A stretch of DNA of 64,000 bases from positions 496,001 through 560,000 of the forward strand of contig NW_027272389.1 in the NCBI RefSeq assembly GCF_040938485.1, written 5' to 3'. The notes under the pieces are model-generated. The model saw nothing but the letters and a program-made list of their open reading frames with translations. It ran no database searches and was not told the origin of the DNA. Made by a program: the position numbers and the translations under genes. Source of the DNA: Diadema antillarum. Lineage: Eukaryota. Positions 13,216 through 25,216 of the stretch are shown here, piece by piece (the first letter of the stretch is position 1; each line of letters opens with the position of its first letter).

Positions 13216-13476
13216 ATGCATGCGCACATCATCGCGCGCTCCCCGCTCTGGCGATTCGGCCACGTCCAGCGCGGCATTCAGCCCGACCCATCGCCAGCCC
13301 GACTTCGAGCCATGGAGGACAGATTCGTGCTCGACTGCATCTCCGTGGAGAAACTGCGATACAAGTGGTCATCCGACATCATCCCGAGGTACGATGCCCT
13401 CGACGATCCCTACGCCCGACACTATTTTCAGTCGCCCATGGTAAGAGGCGTCATCACCAAGACGTTAGGGAGAGAG
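13216..13476 (+). CDS. SPMAP1/C17orf98 (DUF4542)-like paralog A, exon 1; alternative start at 13312; downstream exons unresolved
   Basis: MEDRFVLDCISV...IPRYDALDDPYARHYFQSP aligns with LEKDFLLDCIAI...IPGYNAQKDKHVRMYF at 22186; phase-0 donor GAG|GTGAGT at a similar position. Confidence 0.75.
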
Positions 13477-13485
13477 GTGAGTTCA

Positions 13486-13517
<32 letters not shown>

Positions 13518-13978
13518 ACCTTCTCCTCTGTTCTCTCTATCTCTCGATGATGTCGGTCTCGGAAAGATAATTGACGATTGTTTGAAAAAAAGAAGAAAAT
13601 AACAGATAAAAACGAGAGTAGTTGAACATTTTCCACACGCGTTCTCATAAGATGCGCTTCGTTGCTCTATAAGCTATACCAGCACGATTGTATGTAATTA
13701 AAACCTGTGACGTTATTCTCTTTTTCGAAAGGAATACCTTGCACCTCATACACTATGCTTTGATGGGTGCATAATTATTATGTCTACTCTTAGAGTTTGC
13801 AAGTAATAATCATAGGCCCTATTCTGCTTTTGCGTGTCCTCTTTATTTCCTTGTCGAACTCACAATATCAGCTGACAGAAGAATATTTATACAAAGTACG
13901 ACCAAAAGGAGGATAAGAATATCTCGCGGTTTTGCAACAGTGGCCTTTGAATTTCCGTTTTCTTTGAATCCACGGGAC

Positions 13979-13991
13979 GTTCCATAGTAAC
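13979..13991. promoter_or_regulatory. Degenerate X-box-like motif GTTCCATAGTAAC in intron 1 of paralog A
   Basis: 13-bp variant of the RFX consensus. Confidence 0.25.
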
Positions 13992-16900
13992 ATAGGAGCG
14001 ACGAGATAATTATGCTAAGTTCCTTCGATGTAACATTGTCACTATTTTACGGGTCGTCTATTACTAACCACATCACTGTCAGCTACAAAGGACATAACGT
14101 ATATTTTTGTCCGATAATGAAAGATAATACTTCAGTAAAAGAAAGGGCATAATTTTGATAAGCTTTACCACATTCAAAGGCAGAATGTATACCATGTCTT
14201 TTATATATTTAGATAGATAGATATATAGATGAATGAGTGAATGAATAAAAACAAAAAATAATCAATCCATCAATCAATCAGTCGGTCAGTGATTAGTAGG
14301 TATAGGTAGACAGCTATAGAGTTTGTGTGGAAATGTAGTTTTTTAAATATTTAATTGCTCTATTGTACAATATGCAGGAAATAAAAAGGGTACCTCAATG
14401 TAAGACATCACTGACAAAAATGGAGTGACCCTCTCTTGCAGCAGGTAGAATTTCTATAGAAAGAATAGAGAAAAAAAGGCAGATTCAAAATGAAATCCAT
14501 TCGTGTACTCTGCTGTGAGTCTGAGTCGACTGCTGTCATATTTGATTATGTCATTTTATTCCGCATCTCTTTGGGTTTCCATCCAAACAAAAAATATAAA
14601 CCTAGGTTGATGATTGCATTCTTGTTCTTATGGGGAATTTGAGATGCATCACTTGGTCATGTTTACGGTCGCAGGCACTGGAAAAAAAATAGCCATTACC
14701 AAATTGCAGAGAAAAGAAAAGTTAGAGAAAGCAGTAAATCATTGTAAGATGCACAAACTCCTGAAAGCCATTTTCATTCTCTCGCAAAAAGAAAAACAAA
14801 ACAGAAATAAAAATTCGAGTTTGAAGAAGGTGCCAGATGAACTTGAATGAATAATCAGTTACTTAACTATGTCGTACTTATATCATTAATTGCAGGTTCC
14901 GTCCAAAACCAGGTCAGACAAAACAAAGAAAAACACACAAAACCCCCTTCTTCATGACTTATGTGTATGCATGCATGATTTTATGTTTGTGTGGAGAGAT
15001 TCTGCTTCAATATCCGAAATGCAAATCTCGCAGGAGTGCACAGAGTCGCTGACAGCACTTTAAGTGTAATAAATTTAACGCAATATAATTTTCAATCTTG
15101 TTATTGTTATTGTTGTTGTTGTTGGACGTAAAGTCACTCGACATAATTTGTTAGGCATTAGAAATTCCATAATAGGTGATGGTTAAGAACAAAAAAAAAA
15201 TCGCTTCACTTTTTCTCTGACTTTATGAAAATATCAAACAATGAATATGTAAAAAAGACAAATGACAGATAAAAGGAAGTAAAGAAGGAATGGTATTATC
15301 ATCAGGTTCGCATGTTACACGCATCTGCGAACACAATCATGATGTGCATGTACTAATTATGGCAACTGTTCTTGACAACGGCAACCACTGAAAGTAACGT
15401 TTGGTGCCTGACAGTATGAAGTCTAACAAATTTAGCCCGACGAGTGCAAGTGCAACTGATGAATCGTGATGAAGGTTATATTATGCATCCTAGTATTATA
15501 GGGTCATTATTTATGATAACTCTTTGGTGGCACGGTGCAAATAAAAATCGACTGATGTTTCGTTTTGCTATCTCAAAAGAAGTCGAATGTATGAATTAAG
15601 TAAGAGTAACTACTGACACGAGCATGTCGCGAGAGAAAGACCGAGCAAGTCAGAAACTCAAGGTTATCGCCTATTCTCTTGTCTGTCTACGACAGAAACA
15701 AAATGAAGGGGAAGAAATTGATCCGCTTTCTTTTATTGTGCTCGTCACAATGGAGCGATCGATGACGAACATTGTTACCCCTTCCATGTTGTGTTTTTAT
15801 GTCATCCGCTGGCTGTCGCCCCGCGCGTGAAGAATCAATGTACCAGAACCCCTTTTCCGTATAAACAGAGAGCAGGTCACGCATTCAAATAATGTGACAG
15901 ATCTTCATGATCTTACGGCATGAACAGACTTCCTATATAAAAGTTATAGATAGAGTATCTCTCTATCATGTTCGGTCTACAAAAGAGTTCGCACTCATGT
16001 TAAGGACTTTGTTCAAGATGTTTTATCACCTCCTTCCTATCTCCTAGAGGATTAACAATGTAAACATATTTACCTTCCTCTTGTTTGCCAATGCATTAAG
16101 GAGACAATGGAATTGGGCCTGAGACATGTTACCAAGTGAAAGTTCTGAAGGGGGCATGAATGGTTACTACAATGGGTACCGTAAGAGGAGAAACACTGAA
16201 GTTAATCCTTCAGTTAACACTCAGAGGGCCTTAATTACGGCTTTTTCGAGTGATATTTACCGAGCCACTTCAATAATTACTTTCTCTCAACCAAGCAGAG
16301 TTTCAGTGGTGCTCAGAGGGAAAATTCCTGCTTACGAGACTTATGAGACAATATTGAAATATGGTGTAGTGTTGACAACTACAACAGTTTTTTTTAAAAT
16401 ATAATTACATTAAATCATAGTTCCTTTAGTATAGGCCTATACTCATTTTTTTTTTTAAATTGAAGGCCATTCGAGACTCCCCTGTCCCTGCACTCGCACT
16501 TGTCCATCCTCCTTTTTTGTGAGTAATACCTGAGAATAGTTTTTGGTCGTTTTGTCAGAAAAGGCCTGTTCCCTCGTTAAATATAATTACGTATGCAGGT
16601 TGTCTATTGCGACTGCCCCTGCAACGTGGTCATGTAATGAAAGTGAAATGCAATAAATGAACATTTGTTTTCTTCCTCGAAAATTGTATTCTAATCGGTG
16701 TTATTGTAATTTCTTTTGTACATTTTATTTTAAAAAAGAAACATCGCAGAAATAATTTGAATTTGAAAAAAAATGACGTCAATTCAAGTCTTTTTTCTCA
16801 AATCAATATCTCCTCTATTCGTATTTATCTTTCTCTTTCTCTCTTTCTTCTTTTTTTTTCTTCTTCTTCGATTTCAACTTATAGCATGCTCACTATACTC

Positions 16901-17546
16901 ATTTTCTTCTCTCTCTCTCCTACACTGTTTCTTCTTTACATATCTCTCAAAGGCCTACATAGTTTTAATGTCTGTAAATGTAACTATGATACGATAAGAA
17001 TTTTATACGTCATTACGGTATAATGAATTTTATGGAATGATTACATTTTTGAATGCGCCAGCATTTTGAACTAATGAACAATATGTAAATGACTGAACTT
17101 ATGTATCTTAATCGATGTTTATGTTTTTTTTTTCTTACGAGGACTCCTGCTTTCCTTTTCTTTGTCTCTCTCGATCTCCCACCCTCATTTCTGCATCTCT
17201 AACCCCCTATTAGTAACTCTGTCTATCTTCTCCTTCTCCCTTCGCTGAGGCTTCCTCTCGAGTCCATATCCTGGTTAAATATGATATGTTTATGATGGAA
17301 ATGCTTTTTGTAATTTTATCATTCTTTTATCCGTATTGTTTTGTATCATATTTTATTGTAACATCGTGCAATTCAGTCACTGACTGCAATGCGATTGAAA
17401 TAAAACCATTATTGAATTGAGTTGAATTGAATTGACAACACTGATTTTCATATCTATCATACCATATTCCAATTGACTAGAATATATACAAATATATAGT
17501 ATATTCAGTATCGTCCCTATATATTCTATAAAACCATGTTAATCAT

Positions 17547-17561
17547 GTTGCCATTAGCAAG
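17547..17561. promoter_or_regulatory. Degenerate X-box-like motif GTTGCCATTAGCAAG upstream of paralog B
   Basis: GTTGCCAT half-site about 35-50 bp before ATG 17596. Confidence 0.3.
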
Positions 17562-17595
17562 AGATTACTGACCTTTTAGTTTATTTATCAAAACA

Positions 17596-17811
17596 ATGAC
17601 GACATCACTCTCCCCGACTCAGAATCTACCGGAGCCATGGAGGATAGACCCACTCCGACCGGTCCTAACGGCCACGCATCGACGTAACAGTCGATCACCG
17701 AACCGATGCTCTCTCTCGGCCCAACAACGACTGCCGCGGAGTTCGTCGCTAGACACCCTGAGAAGGCGGCGAAACGACTTCAAGGTTGACAGCGTGTATG
17801 CTACAAATCAG
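17596..17811 (+). CDS. SPMAP1-like paralog B, exon 1
   Basis: ORF ending ...RRRRNDFKVDSVYATNQ|GT; the phase-0 donor joins 18570 in frame; DFKVD matches the FxLD motif. Confidence 0.6.
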
Positions 17812-18569
17812 GTACAATACATGACCAGTGCATAAAAAGATGATAGCATGGTAATGTAGTCTGTAATTATAATTCTATCCTGTTATGTAATAGCCAAGTA
17901 TCAGTCAGTGATTGGATAATGACGGGCGGGAAGAGGCTTTGTTAACATAGCCTGCATGTGGGCTCAATATTCGTACTGCTGTGGAAAGTGGCTACAACGG
18001 AAAATTAGAGTTCTCCTGTTGGGACAAACCAACAAACATTGATCACAGTTTTTGGCAAGAAATAATACGAAATGTTTTGACCGCGTTGAATTGGTTTGAA
18101 TGTTACTTCGGCATGCACTGGGAGGGTTATGCGTCCTTATAGACCATGTAGACTTTGTCTCGGGACTTCTAACATTCCACAAAGTACTTTTGACATTTGT
18201 GGGAAACATTATACCATCCCACATGTCTGCATATACTTGTGTGTTTTTAACATTGTTTAAACTGGCCCAAAACGAGACTCACCACGTACAAAAGTGGGTA
18301 CAATATAGAAGTGCTTGTGCATCTGAGAAAACAACTATTAGAAATTAGTACTATTAGTATAGTACTAATTTAGACTGACATCAAATGGCTTTAATCGACA
18401 ATTAGACTGATGGATTGATAACCTGTTGACGATAATCAGATAATGGATTAGTTCATATCTACATTATAATCACCTATCTTTCCCCCTCCCTCTCTCCCTC
18501 CCTCTTTGTCTGTGTATCCGTCTGTCTGTCTGTTTGTCTCTCTCTCTCTCTCTCTCTTCATCGCGAAAG

Positions 18570-18727
18570 GTGACAGAGAGGAAACCGATGTTTAAACCGT
18601 ACGATGCCCTCCACGACAAGCACGCGGCGGACTATTTTGAGAGGAAAGGAGTTAAAGAGACGCTAGGCGTGACGATGACGTCACCAAGGTACCATAGAGC
18701 TAGATCACCACCAGTACCTACCAAAAG
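18570..18727 (+). CDS. SPMAP1-like paralog B, exon 2
   Basis: Long CT tract plus AG acceptor; KPYDALHDKHAADYFERKGVKETL matches the family PxYxAxxDxHAxxYF motif; donor AG|GTTCGT is phase 2 (end uncertain). Confidence 0.7.
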
Positions 18728-19009
18728 GTTCGTGCTTTTGCCCTGCTGTAACTCACATTATTTTTCTTCAAAAGGAGTCCATTCATATAGCAAAGTACTA
18801 GTAGGGCCTACCCTATGATAGACCTGCTCGGTTTGGAGTACTGTTTTTTTTTTCAGTCATATGGGGGGGGGGGGGGGGGGGCTTCAGTATATGTTTGTTT
18901 GTTTGTTTGTTTGTTTGTTTGCTCATTTTCCATCTGAGAAGATGGCTGGATAGCCCATATTCAGCTACGTTAAGCTGGTCTTCCATGGGGTCCAGTTGGA
19001 TGTGAGGTG

Positions 19010-19140
19010 GGAACACTTCACCGGGTTAAACACCCTGCTCTTTGCGATGAATGAATGAAGCGGGATCTTTTACGTGCATGAGTTGTTACTCTCTCATACA
19101 CGGGACCTCCAGTTTATGTCCTATCCGAGTATATGACCAA
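19010..19140. mobile_element. Fragment resembling the central domain of invertebrate tRNA-derived SINEs
   Basis: ccctgctctttgcgatg...gggatcttttacgtgca...gggacctccagtttatgtcctatccgag, recalled similarity only; needs a Dfam search. Confidence 0.35.
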
Positions 19141-19485
19141 TAACTGTAGGTAATTTATGCACTGACATAACGATGCACCTAACTCATTGCACAACCAACT
19201 GAATCGTCTTTTCTTCTTATTTTGGAAGATCCCCAGTATTATGGCCGACATAAGTTACAGTGTTTTACATCCTATATTCATAGCTTCGCTCTGGTATAGG
19301 GGGCGTGCTTCGATCTCTATTCGATTTCGAAAGCGTGTAGATGATGTCTTTTGCAGATTACTGTGCAGTTCCGTATTTTACTCAACTCCTGTCAGGGAGA
19401 AAATTAGGAAAGTATAAAATCGACAAAAATCCATCGATGAATGCCCCCCCCCCCTCTTTCTTATACAATTTCTGCGTTCTTACAG

Positions 19486-19540
19486 GTCTTGCCATTTGAT
19501 AAATCAATTCGAAAGTTATCAACTGCCGAGGATAACGTGA
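19486..19540 (+). CDS. Paralog B candidate terminal exon (SCHLINQFESYQLPRIT*); full model 142 aa
   Basis: Strong pyrimidine tract plus CAG; phase 2 matches the 18727 donor; total CDS 429 nt. Confidence 0.5.
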
Positions 19541-19749
19541 GCCTGTAACTGCCGACAAACCTAGGGAAGTTATTTTGAAGGATTTTATTTGACTTTTTTT
19601 TCACAAGTCATCCACGATCGTTACGCAAATAGATTTGGTGAAAATACACGCACGACAGAGAAAGCTACATTACAATGGCAATGAGAAGATGGACTCATAT
19701 TACAGGTTATAAGAACAATAGCGATCGTGACTGTAATGGCAGTGGTGTT

Positions 19750-20040
19750 GAAAATGACAATTATGATAATAATACTAGTAGTAATAAGAATATTAGCAAC
19801 AATAGTAATTGTAATGATAATAGTAGTAGGGATAATGATGGTGAATATGATAATAATGATAATGTACAGTGAAATGGTAAAGCTGATAATGAAAATAAGA
19901 TAGTAGTAATATTGATAACAACTTTTGGTGTAGTATTGTCACAACAACAACAACTACTACTACTACTGCTTCTACTTCTACTACTACAAATACTACTATA
20001 ACTATAATGTACTACAACTAGTAGCAGCAGTGATGTAGTA
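19750..20040. repeat. Degenerate trinucleotide low-complexity tract (AAT/AGT/CAA/CTA)
   Basis: Direct inspection. Confidence 0.85.
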
Positions 20041-20689
20041 TTGCTATTTTCATGTGACAAATTCAAAAATATCATTAAAACACTATGAATTATACCAAAC
20101 GGCATACATCACACTTCACTTCCGACACTCTCAGGCGCGTCGCCCTTCTACGAAGTATTTCAATGAGGCTGTCGCTTTTTGATGCACATTCTTATGTAAG
20201 TTCTTTTTTTATTTTTATTTGATTTGGAATCGATTTTTTTTTCTGCATTCCTTTTCCATACGAGAATATAACACAAAGTCAATTGATCGAAGTTATTGAG
20301 TAATAGAAATTTGAATCTAACAGTGATTGACTTAAATGTAGGCCCTACAAAATTGTTTTTCCTGAGAATATAAAATGAAAACTAGCAGGTGTCATTTTAT
20401 GCATATTGAAACTTTTTAACATATTAAGATTTTCATGCATATGAAAACAGTATTGTGATTTAAAAATACCGCTTAATTTTTTCAACTATACACCCCTGGA
20501 ATATTATTTCATCTCAACGAATCAGTCAGTTTCTACAACGAAATTTCATAGATCAGTATACAAATGAAAATAATTATCTTTTCTCAGCTTGGTTTGATTA
20601 CAGTGCAAATTCTTGTCAAGGCATAAGCGTGCTACTTTATTACATTCTGATTATACAAATTCATGAAATTCTTCCGTCGAGATGTTTTC

Positions 20690-20862
20690 ATTGCAACTGA
20701 TTGACAAATTGCCCTACATCGACGTAAATAAGCACTGAATTGATCAGTGTTTTAGTAGTAGCCATGAAAAAAAAAATTATCATGGCTATATACTACTAAA
20801 ACACTGATCAATTCAGTGCTTATTATACGTCGATGTAGGGCAATTTGTCAATCAGTTGCAAT
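20690..20862. repeat. 173-bp near-perfect palindrome
   Basis: Arms of about 80 bp (attgcaactgattgacaaattgccc... / ...gggcaatttgtcaatcagttgcaat); one arm recurs at 50135. Confidence 0.9.
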
Positions 20863-21028
20863 TCTGATTATATTTATCTATTTTATATATCTATTGGTTT
20901 TATTCAAACAAGGTAGCGATTGTGACTAGAGCGATAATAATATACAACACGAGAACATTAATATTTCTATAATTATTATCTTTGAAGGCTTCCGTGGTTG
21001 TAGAACGTTGGGTGCTAGGCTCAATTAA

Positions 21029-21266
21029 CGGCGCGCCACATATTCTTTCGTGGTCATGTATGTGGCCCTGAAAAGGGCCTACCCAGTCAAGACGTTTCGG
21101 CAGGCATGTTCTCGCTTGTTTATTCTGTTTTATATGAAATTTTTGTACTTCAGCAAATAATATTATTCCCTTGAGAACGGCGAGAATATGCTTGCCAAAA
21201 CGTCGGGACAGGGTAGGCCCTTTTCAGGGCCACATACATGACCAAGAAAGAATATGTGGCCCACCG
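21029..21266. mobile_element. TTAA-flanked MITE with long TIRs
   Basis: TTAA at 21025-21028 and 21267-21270; arms of about 90 bp including a perfect 33-bp inverted repeat. Confidence 0.8.
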
Positions 21267-21719
21267 TTAAGTCTTCTAAAACCCAATATTTCTATACCTC
21301 AACAACCAAATATGAATAAACAGACCACAACAACGACAAATAACCACACAAGCAAAGTTGTTCATGTCAGAACATGTACACCAGAGTGATGTGTCAGTGC
21401 ACATTAAAAATGAAAAAAAGTTTCTATCTCGTGTATTTTGTTTTTTTTTAAACATGCAAACTATATTTTCTTCACAACCGTAAAACGCTGAATGGAAATG
21501 AAGAGTCACTACATTCACCGTTGAAGCTGACAAAATATTTTATTTACAGGCAGTAGGCCTACACGTGTTTCACGAAAAACTGTAAATTTTGAACTGCAAC
21601 GCAGCCTACAAGTATACCAACCAAACGAAAACGTATAGAATATCTTCCTGTTGTTTCTATCAATACAGGGTGATAGATAGATAAAAAGATAGATGGGCAG
21701 ATGTAATAGAGAGAATATA

Positions 21720-21890
21720 NNNNNNNNNNNNNNNNNNNNNNNNNNNNNNNNNNNNNNNNNNNNNNNNNNNNNNNNNNNNNNNNNNNNNNNNNNNNNNNNN
21801 NNNNNNNNNNNNNNNNNNNNNNNNNNNNNNNNNNNNNNNNNNNNNNNNNNNNNNNNNNNNNNNNNNNNNNNNNNNNNNNNNNNNNNNNNN
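21720..21890. other. Assembly gap / masked run (171 N)
   Basis: N run following GATA-rich sequence. Confidence 1.
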
Positions 21891-21988
21891 TGAGAAAGCG
21901 ATTAACAGCATGCAGCAACAAAGCCATATAGCCGCCGAGCCCACGCCGAGCGAGCAGCAGACAGCAAGGCCGAGCGATTCATTTACCC

Positions 21989-22001
21989 GTTGCTAGGCAA
22001 C
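21989..22001. promoter_or_regulatory. RFX X-box GTTGCTAGGCAAC (reverse complement GTTGCCTAGCAAC)
   Basis: Canonical 13-bp RFX site in a CpG-rich region 185 bp upstream of the SPMAP1 ATG. Confidence 0.75.
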
Positions 22002-22185
22002 TCCAGTCGGCTTTCCCAGCCGCTTGGTAGCGCGTGTGCGGTCGATACGAGAATAACTTCCGCGTTGCGATCGTAAACATACCTCGTAACAAGCGTGTTC
22101 ACGGAGAGCCGAACAAGGGGTTAGTGGTGCGGTTGAAATAGATAATTCATTTTTGTGGGATATTGCAATCATCAAATTGTGAAAA

Positions 22186-22440
22186 ATGCCTGACAGTGCT
22201 GCTAAGAAATCCAAGAAGGTACCAAGGGGACCACCGACGCCTTCCGTGGAAGAGCTGGAAACTCTAGAGAAGGATTTCTTGCTAGATTGCATAGCGATAG
22301 ACTGCATAGCGAAGGACTACTCGATGGCTCAGCCGAAGCTCGGCCCAGCGATTCCAGGCTACAACGCACAGAAGGATAAGCATGTCAGAATGTACTTTGG
22401 ACGTGAGGGTGTAACAACTACGCTTAGAAAGACTGGACAG
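22186..22440 (+). CDS. SPMAP1: Sperm microtubule-associated protein 1 (C17orf98, DUF4542) orthologue, exon 1 of 3
   Basis: LEKDFLLDCIA...PKLGPAIPGYNAQKDKHVRMYF...LRKTGQ matches recalled human LEKGFILDGVA...[22 protein letters not shown]...LRKTDQ; phase-0 donor CAG|GTAAAA. Confidence 0.9.
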
Positions 22441-22953
22441 GTAAAAGATATCGTCGAGCTTGCGCAAATAGCGGAAATATTTGCTTGCAAAAAGCAAATA
22501 GTAGTTACAAATGCTGTTAAGTAAAGTAATAGTGTGACAATTATATGACTTTTTTTTCATAGTAGTATAGATTAGAAACTATTAAGTGTAATTTTGTTCA
22601 ACCCCTTTGATCTACATTAATTCAACAAAATGACTTTTGAAACTTGTGCAAATCCAAACCATTATCGATAGGCAAGCACAAGGATGTAATCACGCAAGTG
22701 TTGATGTCATGCCAACCATTGATTCTACCATTTAATTAACACACACCGCATCATGTACAATGTAAGATAGAGATTGTTACATGTGTACAGTCTACGAGAG
22801 ACAGATGAGATATATAGCAACCTGAGGAATCAATCAACTGATGCTATATCTTGCAACCAATTGCTACAATGACTGCCATCTTGTGAAAATTGTGGCTCAG
22901 TTGGCCGGAGAAAGGGATGAACACATCCTGCTAACTAGTCAAACTCTTCTTTC

Positions 22954-22967
22954 ATTGCCATGGCAAC
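22954..22967. promoter_or_regulatory. X-box-like motif ATTGCCATGGCAAC in SPMAP1 intron 1
   Basis: 13/14 match to the RFX palindrome. Confidence 0.5.
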
Positions 22968-23057
22968 ATATATACCATATATTCATATAGTTTTAAGTGT
23001 GGAAGGTCCAGATGTTCAACTATTTGTGGTTTTTTTTTTTTTCCCCCCGCTATGCAG

Positions 23058-23166
23058 GACAAGGGTGGTACCTCAATCGACGGACCTGTCATTGACCGTT
23101 TCATCGAATCCGGGGCGGGGTACAAATACCTCCACGCACGCAATCAAGCACCAGGCGCTGCCAAGG
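23058..23166 (+). CDS. SPMAP1: SPMAP1 exon 2 (DKGGTSIDGPVIDRF...GYKYLHARN)
   Basis: CAG acceptor; G|GTGAGT donor phase 1; similar to human DHGGTGRDGWIVDY...QRYLNRRN. Confidence 0.9.
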
Positions 23167-23639
23167 GTGAGTTTGGCATTTCAGTCCATCATAAGCTGTG
23201 ATGAGAATGTTGGGATCCTAGTGTAGGGCATACAACAACTTGTATGATTTATCATTGTTGGTGCAGATCATTAACCGTACACTCATTTCTGAATAGTTGA
23301 AATTATCATAACATGACTAGATAAGGAACTTGGATCCAGGGTGTTTTCTGGATGAGGTGAAAATTTTTGCAAACTCTTGTATAGTTGAGCAGAAAAATGT
23401 TATATGTATGACAATAGGATATGGCAGATGGCCCTCACTTTTAAGTGTTCAAATATATGCGTGCATATGAATATAGAGAGATAAAATTATTATCTATGTA
23501 CAGATTTGTATATCTACAATCTATCAAACTGCTCAATATCTGAGTGGAACTGTGTTTGTACAGTGTAACATGTTTTGCCCACAGATCATGTCTACATGTG
23601 TTCATTTAATTAAATTGTGTTTTAATATTGCCTATCCAG

Positions 23640-23800
23640 CTGGACACTGCAAAGATCAAGTAAATGGACACGCCCAGTTCATGCAGGATGTCAAACCAAT
23701 CTTCGGATACCATGGCCACTTTGGCTACCGGAGGAACAGCCCCTGGTTACGGAAGATGCCTTCTCCCTTTGGCGTAGATGTCCGATCTCCAACACACTGA
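23640..23800 (+). CDS. SPMAP1: SPMAP1 exon 3 (terminal; total 174 aa)
   Basis: VKPIFGYHGHFGYRRNSPWLR...PSPFG matches human [21 protein letters not shown]...SVFG; phases consistent. Confidence 0.9.
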
Positions 23801-25216
23801 GAAACACACGCACCTTGCCTCCACCAACTACCGGTATAAGAGCAACCTCTAGGGCTTTGAGAAAGTGGACTTTACACATTCAAAGATTGATATTTATCGC
23901 AATTAAGATTTCTCATGCTGCCATTGATGATATGCCTAACTTCATACCGTATACCACCTGTGCAGCTAAGATGCTTTCTAGCTCTGAGTTCTCTTGAGAG
24001 TACTTGGTTGTATGTAGTGCAGATAATGTACTTACAGGTGTAATTTCCTCAGTGTCAACATAGAGAAATAGGATGTTCATATTGTCCATGGAGTTGTTTT
24101 GGTCTTAATGCTCTTTTTGCTCATTTGTGAAGACTTTGCCATTACCTTAAGCCCCATCAGAGTATGTCTCCATCTTGTTTGAACAGATTTTATCTTGTGA
24201 GGTTCAGAAGGTTGGCAGTGCAGCTACATGCATGCATGTCATTGTTGAATGTGAGATTTTATGCGTACACACATTTCTCTCATCTTTCAAGATGTAAATC
24301 GTAAGTCATCATCAACTTTCTCGTTCCTACAAAACTTACGATACCCTAAACCTGATCTGATTCCATCCATTTGTTGCGTAAAGCATCTTCAACAAGTTAC
24401 CATACATGTTGTACTTTATACAAAGAGGTAATATTCACAAAAGTGCCATATCATATGTTTAGTCTCAGCAAAGAGCTAGCAATAAGATTAATTTATTTTC
24501 AAAGTTAGTCTTATACATGCATATCAGCGGTGACTACAGCTTTTAGTTATATCTGTCCTGCAACCCATGGTACATATTAATTTTATGTGTGTTTCTTGGT
24601 GTGCTCCCATTCATTTGTAGATATGATTGATATTGGAGAAATTAAGCAGGTCTTAATTTTGAAAGAAAATGTTATATGTAATTACAGCTAGTGATTACAT
24701 AGATGAGGTGTATTCAACTTGCTTTCTCTTGTTTTATCCTTAAAATGACTGGGTCATTCTTTTTCCATGTAATTTTCAGTAGCACTTTTTTTTTTCTCAA
24801 CTATTTTATCTATTTCAAACAGAAATACATGATGAAATCCGTCCATTGAAAAAAATGAAACACAGATTCTCTTCCATTTTTATCGCGCATCTTATATTTC
24901 ACAATCACAAAGTGATGTGATTGAAATGACGTGTCAATAATGTCTTGAAAGCAATAATTTGATGACAAGTGTATACAGTGTATTTATGCTCCAATTGCGT
25001 GCAGTGTAAATACATAAGTCTCCGTGTACATCATTTTTAAGCATGGAAATTAACTGTGAAGGTTTTATTAGTTCATTCCTGATACATTCTTTTGCCAGTA
25101 AATATTCACATAAATCTGCTCTTTCATCTGACAGCTGACCTACAACTGTACATGTACATGTTGTATATGACTGAAAGTTATTGTATCTCATGTCTGATTA
25201 TGATAGTGTTACATAC

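Noticed and set aside
16126-16404. ORF with GYYNGYRKRRNT resembling the SPMAP1 GYRRNT motif
   Set aside because: No convincing acceptor or phase link to paralog A, and the rest is dissimilar
13307-17648. Shared 17-mer GAGCCATGGAGGA(C/T)AGA at 13307 and 17632
   Set aside because: Falls in different frames relative to the conserved motif; a few 16/17 matches are expected by chance in 64 kb
19675-20105. Asn/Ser/Leu-rich ORFs
   Set aside because: Translation of trinucleotide low-complexity DNA
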